Shown here: in pieces, positions 17,641-26,729 of the stretch
How positions within the stretch are numbered: the stretch's first letter is position 1
Layout of the letters: each line of letters starts with the position of its first letter
NCBI GenBank assembly: GCA_044866005.1
Contig: JBIOTN010000190.1
Coordinates: 1-43,625 of the forward strand
DNA length: 43,625 bases
DNA from: Candidatus Rokuibacteriota bacterium
Lineage (GTDB): Bacteria; Methylomirabilota; Methylomirabilia; Rokubacteriales; DASRDR01
Reading direction: 5' to 3'
Position numbers and translations under genes: made by a program
Notes under the pieces: model-generated
What the model saw: only the letters and a program-made list of their open reading frames with translations
The model's database searches: none
What the model was told of the DNA's origin: nothing

Positions 17641-20600
17641 CGTTCCTGTCGCCGCTCGCCTTCCTGCTCCTGACGCTCTCCGTCCCGCTCCTGCTCCTCT
17701 ACTTCCTCAAGGTGCGGCGGCAGCAGCGCCGCGTCTCGTCCGTGCTCCTGTGGACTCCGGTGCTGCGCGACCAGCAGGCCTCCGCGCTCTTCCAGCGCCT
17801 GCAGCTCGATCCCCTCCTGCTCCTCCAGATCCTCGCCCTCGTGCTTCTCGCCGTCGCCCTGGCCCGGCCCACCGTGACGCTCCAGGGCAAGGGCACGGAC
17901 CGGCTGATCCTGGTCCTGGACGTGTCGGCGTCGATGAAGGCGCGCGACGTCGCGCCGGACCGGTTCAGCGAGGCGCAGCGCCGCGCCGTCCAGCTCATCG
18001 ACGAGGCCGGCCGCGGCGCCGAGATCATGGTGATCGAGGCGGCGGCGCACCCGGTGATCCGCCTGCCGTTCACGCGGGAGCTGGATCGGGCGCGCCGTGC
18101 GGTATACGCGCTGGAAGCGCGCGACCTGCCGAACCATCTGAGCGAGGCGATCCGCACGGCGCTCACCCTGGTCCCGCCCTTCGACCGCCGCGTGCGGATA
18201 CACGTCCTCACGGACGGCGCCTTCGACCCGGCCCAGGTGCGCGAGTTCCCGGATCCGCGCGTGCGCTGGGTCTCCGTGGGCACCGGCACGCGCAACGTCG
18301 GCATCACGCAGTTCGCGCTGCGCAAGAGCTACTACGGCATCTACGACCACCAGGCCTTCCTCTCGCTCACGAACTTCTCCGACGAACGCCTGAGGTTCCC
18401 GCTGATCGTGACCATCGATGGCAAGGTGGTCAGCGAGCAGACGATCAGCCTCGACCCGCAGGTGAAGCGGAACGTCATCGTCCCCTTCACCCATCAGGGC
18501 GGCGGACGTCTGCGCGTGGAGGCGAGGATCCAGGACGACCTGGAGGCGGACAACCTCGTTTACGGGGTCATGCCCGCGCCGCGGAAGCTCAAGCTCCTGC
18601 TGGTGAGCCCGGGCAACCTGTTCTTGGAAAAGGCGCTGAAGGCCGATCCGCAGGTGATCCTCGAGACCAAGGCCCCCGGCGAGTACGCCGGCGGCATGGC
18701 CGGCTACGACGTCGTGGTGCTCGACAGCGTCTCGCCGCCCAAGGTGGGGCTGGGGCGGTTCATCTTCGTGAACGCCGTGCCGGGCGACGTCCCGATCGAG
18801 CCGCTGGGGATGATGGAACAGCCGGTCATCCTGGATTGGGACCGGGCGCACCCCATCATGCGCTTCGTCGATCTCTCCAAGGTCGGCGTGGAGGAGGCGC
18901 TCCGGGTGCGTCCGCTGGCGGCCGGCCGGACGCTGCTCGAGTCGGTGGGCGGGCCCTTGATCTACCTCCTGGAGGAGCCGCAGCGGAAGGCCGTCTTCGT
19001 CGGCTTCGACCTGTTCAAGACCGACCTTCCCCTCCGCGTCGCCTTCCCGCTCATCCTCTCGAACAGCGTGCGCTGGCTGCACCCGGTCGGCCTCGAGGGC
19101 TCCGACCTGATGGTGCGGGCCGGGGACCCCTTCCTCCTGACGGTGGAGCACGGCGTCGAGGAAGCCACGGTGCGAGACCCGGAGGGGGGCACCCGCAAGG
19201 CCCTCATCACGCGCGGGGCGCTCTCGTTCACGCAGACGGACCGCGTCGGCGTCTACTCGCTCGTCACGGGCCCGCGCGAGGTGGCGTTTGCGGTGAACCT
19301 TCTGCAGGCCGGCGAGTCCAACATCCGCCCGCAGCCGCTGCCGACCGCGCCGCCGCCCACGGAGGGGTCGGGGACCGACCTGTACACCTATCAGCGGGAG
19401 CTGTGGCGACCGCTCCTGGCCTTCGTGATCCTCACACTCCTGCTCGAGGGCTGCCTCTACTGGCGTCGCCAGACGGCCGGCCGGTGGACGGCCCCGACCC
19501 GCCGCGCCGACCGCTGGGCGCTGGGGATTCGCGCGGCGAGCGTGCTCGCGCTGCTCTGGGCCGTGACGCAGCCTCAGTTCGCGCGCTGGGTCGATCGGCA
19601 GAACGTCTTCTTCCTCCTCGACATGTCCGACAGCGTGAGCCTGGCGGCGCGCGAGACGGGGTACCGTTACGCCACCGCGGCCCTGGAGGGCATGAAGGAC
19701 CAGGACCGGGCGGGTCTGATCGTGTTCGCCCGGGACCCCCAGCTCGCCGACCCGCTCCGGCCGCGGCCGTCCTTCGGGCGGGTCCAGCCCGGAGAGGTGA
19801 CGACCGCGACGAACATCGAGCGCGCGATCCAGCTCGCGCTCGCGTCGTTCCCAGGGGGAGAGGCCAACCGCGTGGTCCTGCTCTCCGACGGGCGGGAGAA
19901 CGCGGGGAAGGCCGTGGCGGCGGCCCAGGCGGCCAAGGACGCGGGCGTCCCCATCTACTACTCGCCGCTCGGGCTCACGTTCCCGCAAGAGGTGGTGGTC
20001 GAGCAGCTCCTGCTGCCGACCGAGGTGAAGTTCGGCGAGCCGTTCTACGCGAAGGTCGTGGTCAACTCCGTCAAGGAGACGGCCGGCCGGCTCTCGCTCT
20101 ACCGCAATGGCGAGTTCCTCGGCTCGCAGGTGGTCCACCTGACGACCGGCAAGAACGTCCTCACGTACCGGCAGGCGCTGGAGCAGTCCGGCGTGCACGT
20201 CTACCAGGCGCTCGTCGAGGCCGAGGGTGACGTCATCGACGAGAACAACCGCGCCATCGGGCTCACCGTGGTCCGGGGCCGGCCGCAGGTGCTCCTCGTG
20301 GACAAGGAGCCGGCCCACGCCGGCAACCTCGTCTCGGCCCTGCGTTCCCAGCACATCGACGTGCGGGTGGCCGGGCCCGAGGGGTTGCCGACCTCCATGG
20401 CGACGCTGGAGAAGTACGACGGCCTCATCCTCTCGAACGTCTCGTCCCTGAAGATGACGAAGCGCCAGATGGAGCTCGTCCGCGACTACGTCCGCGACCA
20501 GGGTGGCGGGCTCGTCATGATCGGAGGCGAGGAGAGCTTCGGCCTGGGCGGCCTCTACCGGACGCCGCTGGAGGAGGCCTTGCCGGTCACGATGGAGGTC

Positions 20601-22022
20601 AAGCAGAAGATCGAGATCCCCAGCCTCGCCGTCATGCTGGTGATCGACCGCTCCGGCTCGATGGCGATGGGGATGAAGGACAACGACAAGGTCAACAAGC
20701 TCGAGGTGGCCAAAGAGGCCGCCCACCTGGTCGTCGACCTGCTCGACGAGCGGAACGAGGTCGGGGTGCTCTCCTTCGACACCGAGTTCGTCTGGCACGT
20801 GCCGCTCCAGCCGGCGAAGGACAAGCGCGCCGTCCATCGCGAGATCTCGGCCATCAAGGCCGGCGGCGGGACCGACGGCTACCCCGCCGTGCGCGAAGCC
20901 TACAAGGCCCTCTACGATCGGGACGCGCTCCTCAAGCACGTGATCTTCCTCTCCGACGGGCAGATGACGCGCGGCGATTTCGCCTCGCTGATCCGCCGGA
21001 TGCTCAAGGACAAGATCACCGTCTCGGGTGTGGCGATCGGCTCGGACGCCGACATCCAGCTCATGGCCGACGTCGCCAAGTGGGGTCGCGGCCGTTTTTA
21101 CTTCACCGAGGAGACCGCCACGGTCCCGCGGATCTTCACGCTGGAGACCCAGCTCGCGTCGAAGGCCTCGCTGATCGAGCAGCCGTTCCGACCGATCGTG
21201 ACGAACCAGTACCACGAGGCCATCCAGGACATCGACTGGGCGAAGGCCCCGCCCCTGGGCGGTTACGTGGCGACGACGATCAAGCAGACGGCCGACCAGC
21301 TCCTGATGACCCATCAGGAAGACCCGCTGCTGGCAGCCTGGCGGTACGGTCTCGGCCGGTCGGTCGCGTTCACCGCCGACGCCAAGGCCAAATGGGCGAT
21401 CCTCTGGCTGCGCTGGCGGGACTTCAACAAGTTCTGGGCGCAGACGGTGCGGTGGACGCTGCGGGCCGGGGCGCGGAGCGACACCACGGCCACCGTGGAA
21501 CGCCGGGACGGGCAGGGGGTCGTGTCGGTCGAGGCGATCGACCCGAGGGGGGAGTTCATCAACTTCCTCGACGCGCACCTGGGCCTGGTCAACCCCGACA
21601 AGAGCCAGGCCGTGGTGGAGCTGGAGCAGGTGGCGCCGGGCCGCTACCAGGGCACGTTCCCGGCGCGCGCCGAGGGCGTGTACCTGGCGGGGCTCTCCCA
21701 GCGCCGGGACCAGCAGCTCGTGGGCTCGCAGATCGTCGGGACGGTCGTGCCCTACGCGCAGGAGTACCGGGAGCTCGGCCCCAACGAGGTGCTGCTCCGG
21801 GAGGTCAGCGAGCTCACCGGCGGGGGGGGACTCGGCGACGCGAAGGAGGCGTTCACCGCCAACCGTCGCCGCTCGCGCGTGGCCACGGACCTCTGGCCCT
21901 GGCTCGTCGGGCTCGTCACGCTCGCCCTCGTTCCGGAGATCGCGATCCGGCGGATCGGGCCGGCCCTCGGCCGGTGGACCCGCCGGCGTCGCGGGACAGA
22001 GGAGGTGGGCGCCGATGGTTAG
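17637..22022 (+). CDS. Large membrane protein (~1461 aa): BatA-like N-terminus, three VWA domains, GATase1-like domain
   Basis: N-terminal double-TM BatA motif (PLLLLYFLK..R..VSS..LW). MIDAS motifs DVSASM, DMSDSV and DRSGSM. GGGLVMIGGEESFGLGG..TPLEEALPV, WRYGLGRSVAFT-D, and a C-terminal TM. GTGA overlap with DUF58. Confidence 0.85.
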   Translation: MTFLSPLAFLLLTLSVPLLLLYFLKVRRQQRRVSSVLLWTPVLRDQQASALFQRLQLDPLLLLQILALVLLAVALARPTVTLQGKGTDRLILVLDVSASMKARDVAPDRFSEAQRRAVQLIDEAGRGAEIMVIEAAAHPVIRLPFTRELDRARRAVYALEARDLPNHLSEAIRTALTLVPPFDRRVRIHVLTDGAFDPAQVREFPDPRVRWVSVGTGTRNVGITQFALRKSYYGIYDHQAFLSLTNFSDERLRFPLIVTIDGKVVSEQTISLDPQVKRNVIVPFTHQGGGRLRVEARIQDDLEADNLVYGVMPAPRKLKLLLVSPGNLFLEKALKADPQVILETKAPGEYAGGMAGYDVVVLDSVSPPKVGLGRFIFVNAVPGDVPIEPLGMMEQPVILDWDRAHPIMRFVDLSKVGVEEALRVRPLAAGRTLLESVGGPLIYLLEEPQRKAVFVGFDLFKTDLPLRVAFPLILSNSVRWLHPVGLEGSDLMVRAGDPFLLTVEHGVEEATVRDPEGGTRKALITRGALSFTQTDRVGVYSLVTGPREVAFAVNLLQAGESNIRPQPLPTAPPPTEGSGTDLYTYQRELWRPLLAFVILTLLLEGCLYWRRQTAGRWTAPTRRADRWALGIRAASVLALLWAVTQPQFARWVDRQNVFFLLDMSDSVSLAARETGYRYATAALEGMKDQDRAGLIVFARDPQLADPLRPRPSFGRVQPGEVTTATNIERAIQLALASFPGGEANRVVLLSDGRENAGKAVAAAQAAKDAGVPIYYSPLGLTFPQEVVVEQLLLPTEVKFGEPFYAKVVVNSVKETAGRLSLYRNGEFLGSQVVHLTTGKNVLTYRQALEQSGVHVYQALVEAEGDVIDENNRAIGLTVVRGRPQVLLVDKEPAHAGNLVSALRSQHIDVRVAGPEGLPTSMATLEKYDGLILSNVSSLKMTKRQMELVRDYVRDQGGGLVMIGGEESFGLGGLYRTPLEEALPVTMEVKQKIEIPSLAVMLVIDRSGSMAMGMKDNDKVNKLEVAKEAAHLVVDLLDERNEVGVLSFDTEFVWHVPLQPAKDKRAVHREISAIKAGGGTDGYPAVREAYKALYDRDALLKHVIFLSDGQMTRGDFASLIRRMLKDKITVSGVAIGSDADIQLMADVAKWGRGRFYFTEETATVPRIFTLETQLASKASLIEQPFRPIVTNQYHEAIQDIDWAKAPPLGGYVATTIKQTADQLLMTHQEDPLLAAWRYGLGRSVAFTADAKAKWAILWLRWRDFNKFWAQTVRWTLRAGARSDTTATVERRDGQGVVSVEAIDPRGEFINFLDAHLGLVNPDKSQAVVELEQVAPGRYQGTFPARAEGVYLAGLSQRRDQQLVGSQIVGTVVPYAQEYRELGPNEVLLREVSELTGGGGLGDAKEAFTANRRRSRVATDLWPWLVGLVTLALVPEIAIRRIGPALGRWTRRRRGTEEVGADG

Positions 22023-23382
22023 GTCCGTTCCGCGCGCGCTCCTGATGACCTTGCTGGCCGGACTCATGGCGACGATGGCCGGGACCGCTTCGGAGGCTGC
22101 GGGGAAGCCGCGCCCGGTGCTGGTGCTGCCGTTCCACAATGTCACCCCCGGGGGGGCCGACGGCTGGTTCGGCGAGGGGCTCGCCGAGACGCTCCAGCTG
22201 GCGGCCCAGACGACCCCGGCCCTGCTGCCGGTCGACCAGGGCCGCATCGTCCAGGCCGCCCGGGCCGCCGGCGTCGACCTCCGGGCAGGGCTGGCGGCGA
22301 GCGCGGTGTCGGCGCTGGCCCGGTCGCTCCGGGCGGAGCTGGTCTTCTACGGGGAGTACCAGCGCACCGGCGACGGGGGCATCTCGATCGTCCCGCGGCT
22401 GTACGAGCCGGCGAAAGGCGCCGAGGGGACCGCCCTCGAGGCGGCGGTGGGCGACGCCGACCGGGTGCTCGACACGCAAGCCGACGTCTTTCCGATCTAC
22501 GCGAAGGCGCTCAAGCTCGGGCTCAAGCCGGAGGAGCTCCAGCGGGCGGTCGCGGCCGCGAAGCCGACGGCAAATCTCACCGCCTTCGAGGCGTTCGTGA
22601 AGGGCCGGCGCTCCTACCTGCGTGGTGGTCAGGACGGGTACGAGGGGGCGGCCGAGCTGTTCACCCGCGCGGTCGAGGTCGACCCGGCATTTGCCCTCGC
22701 CCACTACCACCTCGGGCTCTCCCACCTGGCCCTGGGCAACCGCTGGAAGGGCGCGGCGCAGTTCCGCGCCGCCACGCAGGTCGACCCCAACCTCCCCGAG
22801 CCCCTCAAGGCGCTCGGGGACCTGTTCATGCTGAGCCCCCGGCGGCTCTACGATCAAGCCATCGAGGCCTACCAGAAGGCGCTGAGCCTTCGCCCGCACT
22901 ACGCCGAGGCCCAGGTCGGGCTGGGTGACGCCAAGGCGGCGAAGGGAGACAACGAGGGCGCCATCGGCCACTACCAGAAAGCGCTCCAGCTGGATCCGCT
23001 GAACGCCCGGGTCCACTTCAGCCTCGGCAAGATCTACTACAACGAGAAGGGCCTCTACTACGAAGCGGTCAACGCCTACAGGAAGGCGATCGACCTGGAC
23101 CAGTATTTCCTCGACGCGCGGATGGGGCTCGGCGAGATCTACGAGGAGAAGGGTCTATACAAGGACGCGATCGCCGAATATCGGAAAGTGATCGAGGTGG
23201 ATCCCAAGCACACCGGGGCGCACTACAACCTCGCCCTCGCCTACGAGAAGGTCGACGTCAAGGAGGCGATCACCCAGTGGGAGCGGTACATCGAGCTCGC
23301 TTCCCAGATCGCCACCGAGAAGGAGTGGGTGGACGTCGCCCGCCAGCACCTGCGGAAGCTGCGCGACAAGCCTGCGCAGTAG
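22015..23382 (+). CDS. Secreted TPR-repeat protein with TolB-N/CsgG-like N-terminal domain
   Basis: Signal peptide, VLVLPFHNVT...GEGLAETL, and multiple TPR units (DP-FALAHYHLG, P-YAEAQVGLG, DPLNARVHFSLG, DPKHTGAHYNLA). Confidence 0.85.
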   Translation: MVRSVPRALLMTLLAGLMATMAGTASEAAGKPRPVLVLPFHNVTPGGADGWFGEGLAETLQLAAQTTPALLPVDQGRIVQAARAAGVDLRAGLAASAVSALARSLRAELVFYGEYQRTGDGGISIVPRLYEPAKGAEGTALEAAVGDADRVLDTQADVFPIYAKALKLGLKPEELQRAVAAAKPTANLTAFEAFVKGRRSYLRGGQDGYEGAAELFTRAVEVDPAFALAHYHLGLSHLALGNRWKGAAQFRAATQVDPNLPEPLKALGDLFMLSPRRLYDQAIEAYQKALSLRPHYAEAQVGLGDAKAAKGDNEGAIGHYQKALQLDPLNARVHFSLGKIYYNEKGLYYEAVNAYRKAIDLDQYFLDARMGLGEIYEEKGLYKDAIAEYRKVIEVDPKHTGAHYNLALAYEKVDVKEAITQWERYIELASQIATEKEWVDVARQHLRKLRDKPAQ

Positions 23383-23476
23383 TTCCGACGGCGGCGCGCG
23401 CCGGGCCCCGCGTGCCGGCGCAGAGCCCGCCCTCCGGGGTGGCGTCGGTCCTCGTCGGGAGCGGCTCAGGACGGGA

Positions 23477-23725
23477 TCACGCGTCGCTGACGCCAAGGAG
23501 CGCGGCGAGTCGCCCGCGGTCGAAGCCCAGGACCACCTCGTCATCGACGCAGATCACCGGCACGGTCATCTGCCCGGTCCGCCGCATGAGCTCCTCGCGC
23601 CCCTCCGCGTCGGCCACGACGTCGACGTCCGTGAACGGGACCCCCTTTTGCGAAAGCCACGCTTTCGCCGCTCTGCAGGGGGCTCAGGTCGGACTCGAGT
23701 AGACGACGACGGCTCGCTGGCTCAC
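23477..23725 (-). CDS. Selenocysteine-containing glutaredoxin-like (NrdH/YruB-type) protein, UxxC motif
   Basis: Not in the ORF track. GGAGGA RBS, GTG at 23725. Translation with TGA (23686-23684) read as U: MSQRAVVVYSSPTUAPCRAAKAWLSQKGVPFTDVDVVADAEGREELMRRTGQMTVPVICVDDEVVLGFDRGRLAALLGVSDA (82 aa). Grx motifs TVP and GF are present; U occupies the first Cys position of CxxC. Confidence 0.9.
23640..23683 (-). promoter_or_regulatory. Bacterial SECIS element
   Basis: Immediately 3' of the UGA on the minus strand: lower stem GCCCCCU/AGGGGGU and upper perfect stem GCGAAAGC-GUG-GCUUUCGC. The apical loop starts with G and lies 23 nt after the UGA. Confidence 0.8.
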
Positions 23726-23835
23726 TTCGCTCCTCCCATTTCGGCGCCGCCGGTCGGACCGGCCGCTCACCCTTTCGATGACGGCGCGGGTGTCCGCGAT
23801 GCACCTGTCGGGCGTGAGGCCGAAAGTCGCCCAGC

Positions 23836-23864
23836 TTGACAAGGCCGGTCCGGCTGACTATGGT
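23836..23864 (+). promoter_or_regulatory. sigma70-like promoter for the galT-like gene
   Basis: TTGACA (23836-23841), 17 nt, TATGGT (23859-23864). Confidence 0.65.
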
Positions 23865-23949
23865 AGCTATGTCCTTGGATTTTCAGGCCATGACAGCACG
23901 GACGGGAGGGGGCCTCGATGTCCTCCCAGGAGGGCTCTGAGGAGGGCTG

Positions 23950-24966
23950 ATGAAGGGCGAGCTGCGAAAGGATCCCGCCACCGGCAAGTGGGTGCTGGTG
24001 CGCCGGCCGGGCGTGCGTCTCTGGGAGGGGAACGGGGACGTCTGCCCATTTTGCCCGGGGAACGAACGCCTGACGCCGCGCGAGATCGTCGCGTACCGGT
24101 CGGCTGACAGCCGGCCGAACGAGAGAGGCTGGCAGGTGCGCGTCATCCCGGAGGGCGATCCCTACTTCACGATCGAGGAAGAGCTGGTCCGCGAGGGCGT
24201 GGGGATGTTCGACCGCATCTCGACCCGCGGCGCCAGCGAGATCCTGGTCGAGGACCCGCGCCACGACGTCACGCTGGCGACCATGGACGAAGACCAGCTG
24301 GTCCGCGTGCTCTCCATGTACCGGGACCGCATCCAGGACCTCAAGCGGGACAGCAAGGTGCGAAACGTGGCCGTGACCCGTCGGCACGGCAAGCCGGGGG
24401 CGAACATCCATCACCCCTACTCCCGCATCCTCGCGACGCCGATCATTTTCGACGACATCCGGTCGGAGCTCACCCAGGCTCGGGAGTATTACGCGTACAA
24501 GCGCCGCTGCGTGTACTGCGACACCATTCGCGAGGAGATGTCGAGCGGCGATCGCCTCGTCCGTGTCACCTCGCACTTCGTGGTCTTCGTGCCTTACGCG
24601 GCCCGGGTGCCCTACGACCTCCGGATCTTGCCGCGCCGCCACGCCTGCGCCTACGAGGACATGGGCGGGGAGCAGCTCATGGACCTGGCGCGGCTCCTGC
24701 GCTCCCTCTTCGGCGTGATCGCCAAGGTGCTCGGCGACCCGCCCTACGAGATGGTGCTCCACACGGCGCCGAACCTCCAGGTGAAGGTCCTCCAGGGGGA
24801 GTGGGACACGGTGGCCAAGGATTACCACTGGCATTTCGAGATCGCTCCCGGACACGAGCGACGGTCCCCGGTGGCCGGCATCGCGATCAACGAGACCTTC
24901 CCCGAGGCGGCCGCGGCGCTGCTCCGGGACGAAGGCGCCTCCAACCAGACCCTCGAGATCGGCTAG
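23950..24966 (+). CDS. GalT/HIT-family nucleotidyltransferase homologue with degenerate active site
   Basis: ELRKDP-TG-WV, CPFCPGNE..TP-EI, W-VRV, C--CD, FVPYAARVPY, HTAP, YHWHFEI, IN...PE-AA..LR. The canonical HPHxQ motif reads HPYSR. Confidence 0.82.
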   Translation: MKGELRKDPATGKWVLVRRPGVRLWEGNGDVCPFCPGNERLTPREIVAYRSADSRPNERGWQVRVIPEGDPYFTIEEELVREGVGMFDRISTRGASEILVEDPRHDVTLATMDEDQLVRVLSMYRDRIQDLKRDSKVRNVAVTRRHGKPGANIHHPYSRILATPIIFDDIRSELTQAREYYAYKRRCVYCDTIREEMSSGDRLVRVTSHFVVFVPYAARVPYDLRILPRRHACAYEDMGGEQLMDLARLLRSLFGVIAKVLGDPPYEMVLHTAPNLQVKVLQGEWDTVAKDYHWHFEIAPGHERRSPVAGIAINETFPEAAAALLRDEGASNQTLEIG

Positions 24967-24969
24967 TTT

Positions 24970-25356
24970 TGCTCGGAGGGGGCTTTGCCCCCCCCTTTTC
25001 ATCTCCCCGTCGCGTCCCTTCGCGCCTACGGCGCTCGATCCGCGACACCCCGCCGGGGGGCCGACGGCCCTCGCGGCGAAGCCGCGGCGTTCTGACTGAT
25101 TGTCGGCCGGGACTCTGTCCCGGCCGAGGCGGCGAAACGCCATCGGGCCTGGCTCCCTCCAGGAGCTCTCTCCTTCCGAGTGGACCGCGACCCACGCGAC
25201 TGTTCCGGACCCTGCGAGCGCCGGCTGTGCCGGCGCAACCGAGCGGGAAGGTCGCGGGGGTCCGAGAGCGGCGAACGATCTCGGGTGCCCGGGAGCGGCG
25301 GCCGCCGCAACCGAGGGGGAGGCATCGGAGAGGGCCGTCGCGGCCCCCTCCGAAAA
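24970..25356. repeat. Cluster of R1/R2-type palindromic repeats between convergent galT-like and gdh genes
   Basis: TCGGAGGGGGC-TTT-GCCCCCCCC (from 24973), CGCGGCGAAGCCGCG (~25072), TCGGAGAGGGCC-GTCGC-GGCCCCCTCCGA (25325-25353). CCT-CGGCGCTCGATCCGCG is shared with ~32518. Confidence 0.7.
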
Positions 25357-25357
25357 A

Positions 25358-26629
25358 TCAGGGATAGAAGCCGCGGAGCTGGAAGCCCTGCGCGACGCGC
25401 TGGACGCCCAGCATGAGCGCGGCGGTGCGAAGGTTCACCGACTCGCGCTTGGCGAGCGCGACGACCTGGTTGAATGCCCGGATCATGATTTCCTGGAGCC
25501 GTGTGTTGATCTCGCTCTCCCGCCAGAAGTAGTACTGGAGGCCCTGGACCCACTCGAAGTACGAGACCACCACGCCGCCCGCGTTCGCCAGGATGTCGGG
25601 GATCACGCGGACGCCCCGGTCGTCGAGGATGTCGTCCGCCTCGGGCGTCGTCGGAGCGTTCGCCCCCTCCGCGATGACACGCGCCTTGATCCGGTCGGCG
25701 TTCTGGCCGGTGATCTGGGCGCCCACCGCGGCCGGGATGAGCACCTCGCACGGGAACTCCAGGAGCTCGGCATTCGTCACGCTCTCGCCCGCCGCGAAGC
25801 CCACGACCGTCCCGGCCTCCCTCACGTGGTTGGTCAGCTCGCGGATGTCGATCCCGTGCTCGTTCGCGACTCCCCCCTTGGCGTCCGTCACCGCGACCAC
25901 CAGGCAGCCCTCGCGCCAGAGCAGCCGCGCTGCGACCGAGCCCACGTTTCCGAACCCCTGGATGGCGACCCGCGCGCCCCGCAGCTCCATCCGGGTCTCG
26001 CGCGCGGCCTGGCCCAGGGCGTAGACGATGCCGCGCCCGGTCGCGTCCCGGCGCCCGGCCGAGCCGCCGACGAGGAGCGGCTTCCCGGTCACCACGCCGG
26101 GGATCGTCCGGCCCTGGGTCATGGCGTAGGTATCCATGATCCAGGCCATCGTCTGCTCGTTGGTCCCGAGGTCGGGAGCCGGGATGTCCAGGTCCGGGCC
26201 GATCAGCAGCATGACCTCGGCCGTGTAGCGTCGGGTCATCCGCTCGAGCTCCCGGGCCGACATGCTGCCCGGATCACAGGCCACGCCGCCCTTGGCGCCG
26301 CCGTAGGGCAGGCCCATCAGGGCGCACTTCCAGCTCATGAGCATGGCCAGCGCCGTCACCTCGCCGAGGCTCACGCCGGGGTGGTACCGGATCCCGCCCT
26401 TGGTGGGCCCGAGCACGGTATTGTGGTGGACCCGATAGCCGATGAAGACCTCCGTGCGGCCGGCGTCCATGGGTGTCGGGACGCTGACGACGAGCGCTCG
26501 CCGGGGAAAGCGAAGGCGCTCGTGGATGGCCGGGTCGAGGTGGATCCGCTTGGCCACCCCGTCGAGCTGCTCGACCGCATTCCGATACAGTTCAGAGGAT
26601 TCAAACTGCAGTTTGCTCTCCGAACTCAT
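25358..26629 (-). CDS. gdhA: Glu/Leu/Phe/Val-family (glutamate) dehydrogenase
   Basis: GYRVHHN...GPTKGGIRY, LPYGGAKGG, DIPAPD, VTGKP, ATGRG, IQGFGNVG, EGANAPTT, PDILANAGGVVVSYFEWVQ. ATG 26629 has a GGGAGA RBS. Confidence 0.93.
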   Translation of the reverse strand: MSSESKLQFESSELYRNAVEQLDGVAKRIHLDPAIHERLRFPRRALVVSVPTPMDAGRTEVFIGYRVHHNTVLGPTKGGIRYHPGVSLGEVTALAMLMSWKCALMGLPYGGAKGGVACDPGSMSARELERMTRRYTAEVMLLIGPDLDIPAPDLGTNEQTMAWIMDTYAMTQGRTIPGVVTGKPLLVGGSAGRRDATGRGIVYALGQAARETRMELRGARVAIQGFGNVGSVAARLLWREGCLVVAVTDAKGGVANEHGIDIRELTNHVREAGTVVGFAAGESVTNAELLEFPCEVLIPAAVGAQITGQNADRIKARVIAEGANAPTTPEADDILDDRGVRVIPDILANAGGVVVSYFEWVQGLQYYFWRESEINTRLQEIMIRAFNQVVALAKRESVNLRTAALMLGVQRVAQGFQLRGFYP

Positions 26630-26663
26630 GCGTATCTCCCTCGATTTCCCCGAAGTTTCCTCC

Positions 26664-26713
26664 TTGACACCCGCCCGTCCCCGTGTGATCCTCAAGTGCG
26701 ACTAAATTGGTCG
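26664..26713 (+). promoter_or_regulatory. isc promoter with IscR type-1-like operator
   Basis: TTGACA (26664-26669), 17 nt, GATCCT with an upstream TG. The palindrome CGAC-TAAATTG-GTCG (26699-26713) fits the IscR core GACTRWWWYAGTC with one mismatch. Confidence 0.72.
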
Positions 26714-26729
26714 GCGATCGGAGCAGTCG

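Noticed and set aside
17565..22247. Very long antisense or alternate-frame ORFs (1560 aa here; also 12292-15240, 40624-43179, 25100-27175, 17750-20230)
   Set aside because: They shadow well-supported genes. Stops are rare in very GC-rich DNA, and the translations are Arg/Gly/Pro-rich with no recognisable motifs.
23541..23804. ORF-track calls 23541-23804 (-), 23277-23702 (+) and 23155-23544 (-)
   Set aside because: They are wrong-frame or antisense calls; the region is explained by the Sec glutaredoxin and the TPR gene.
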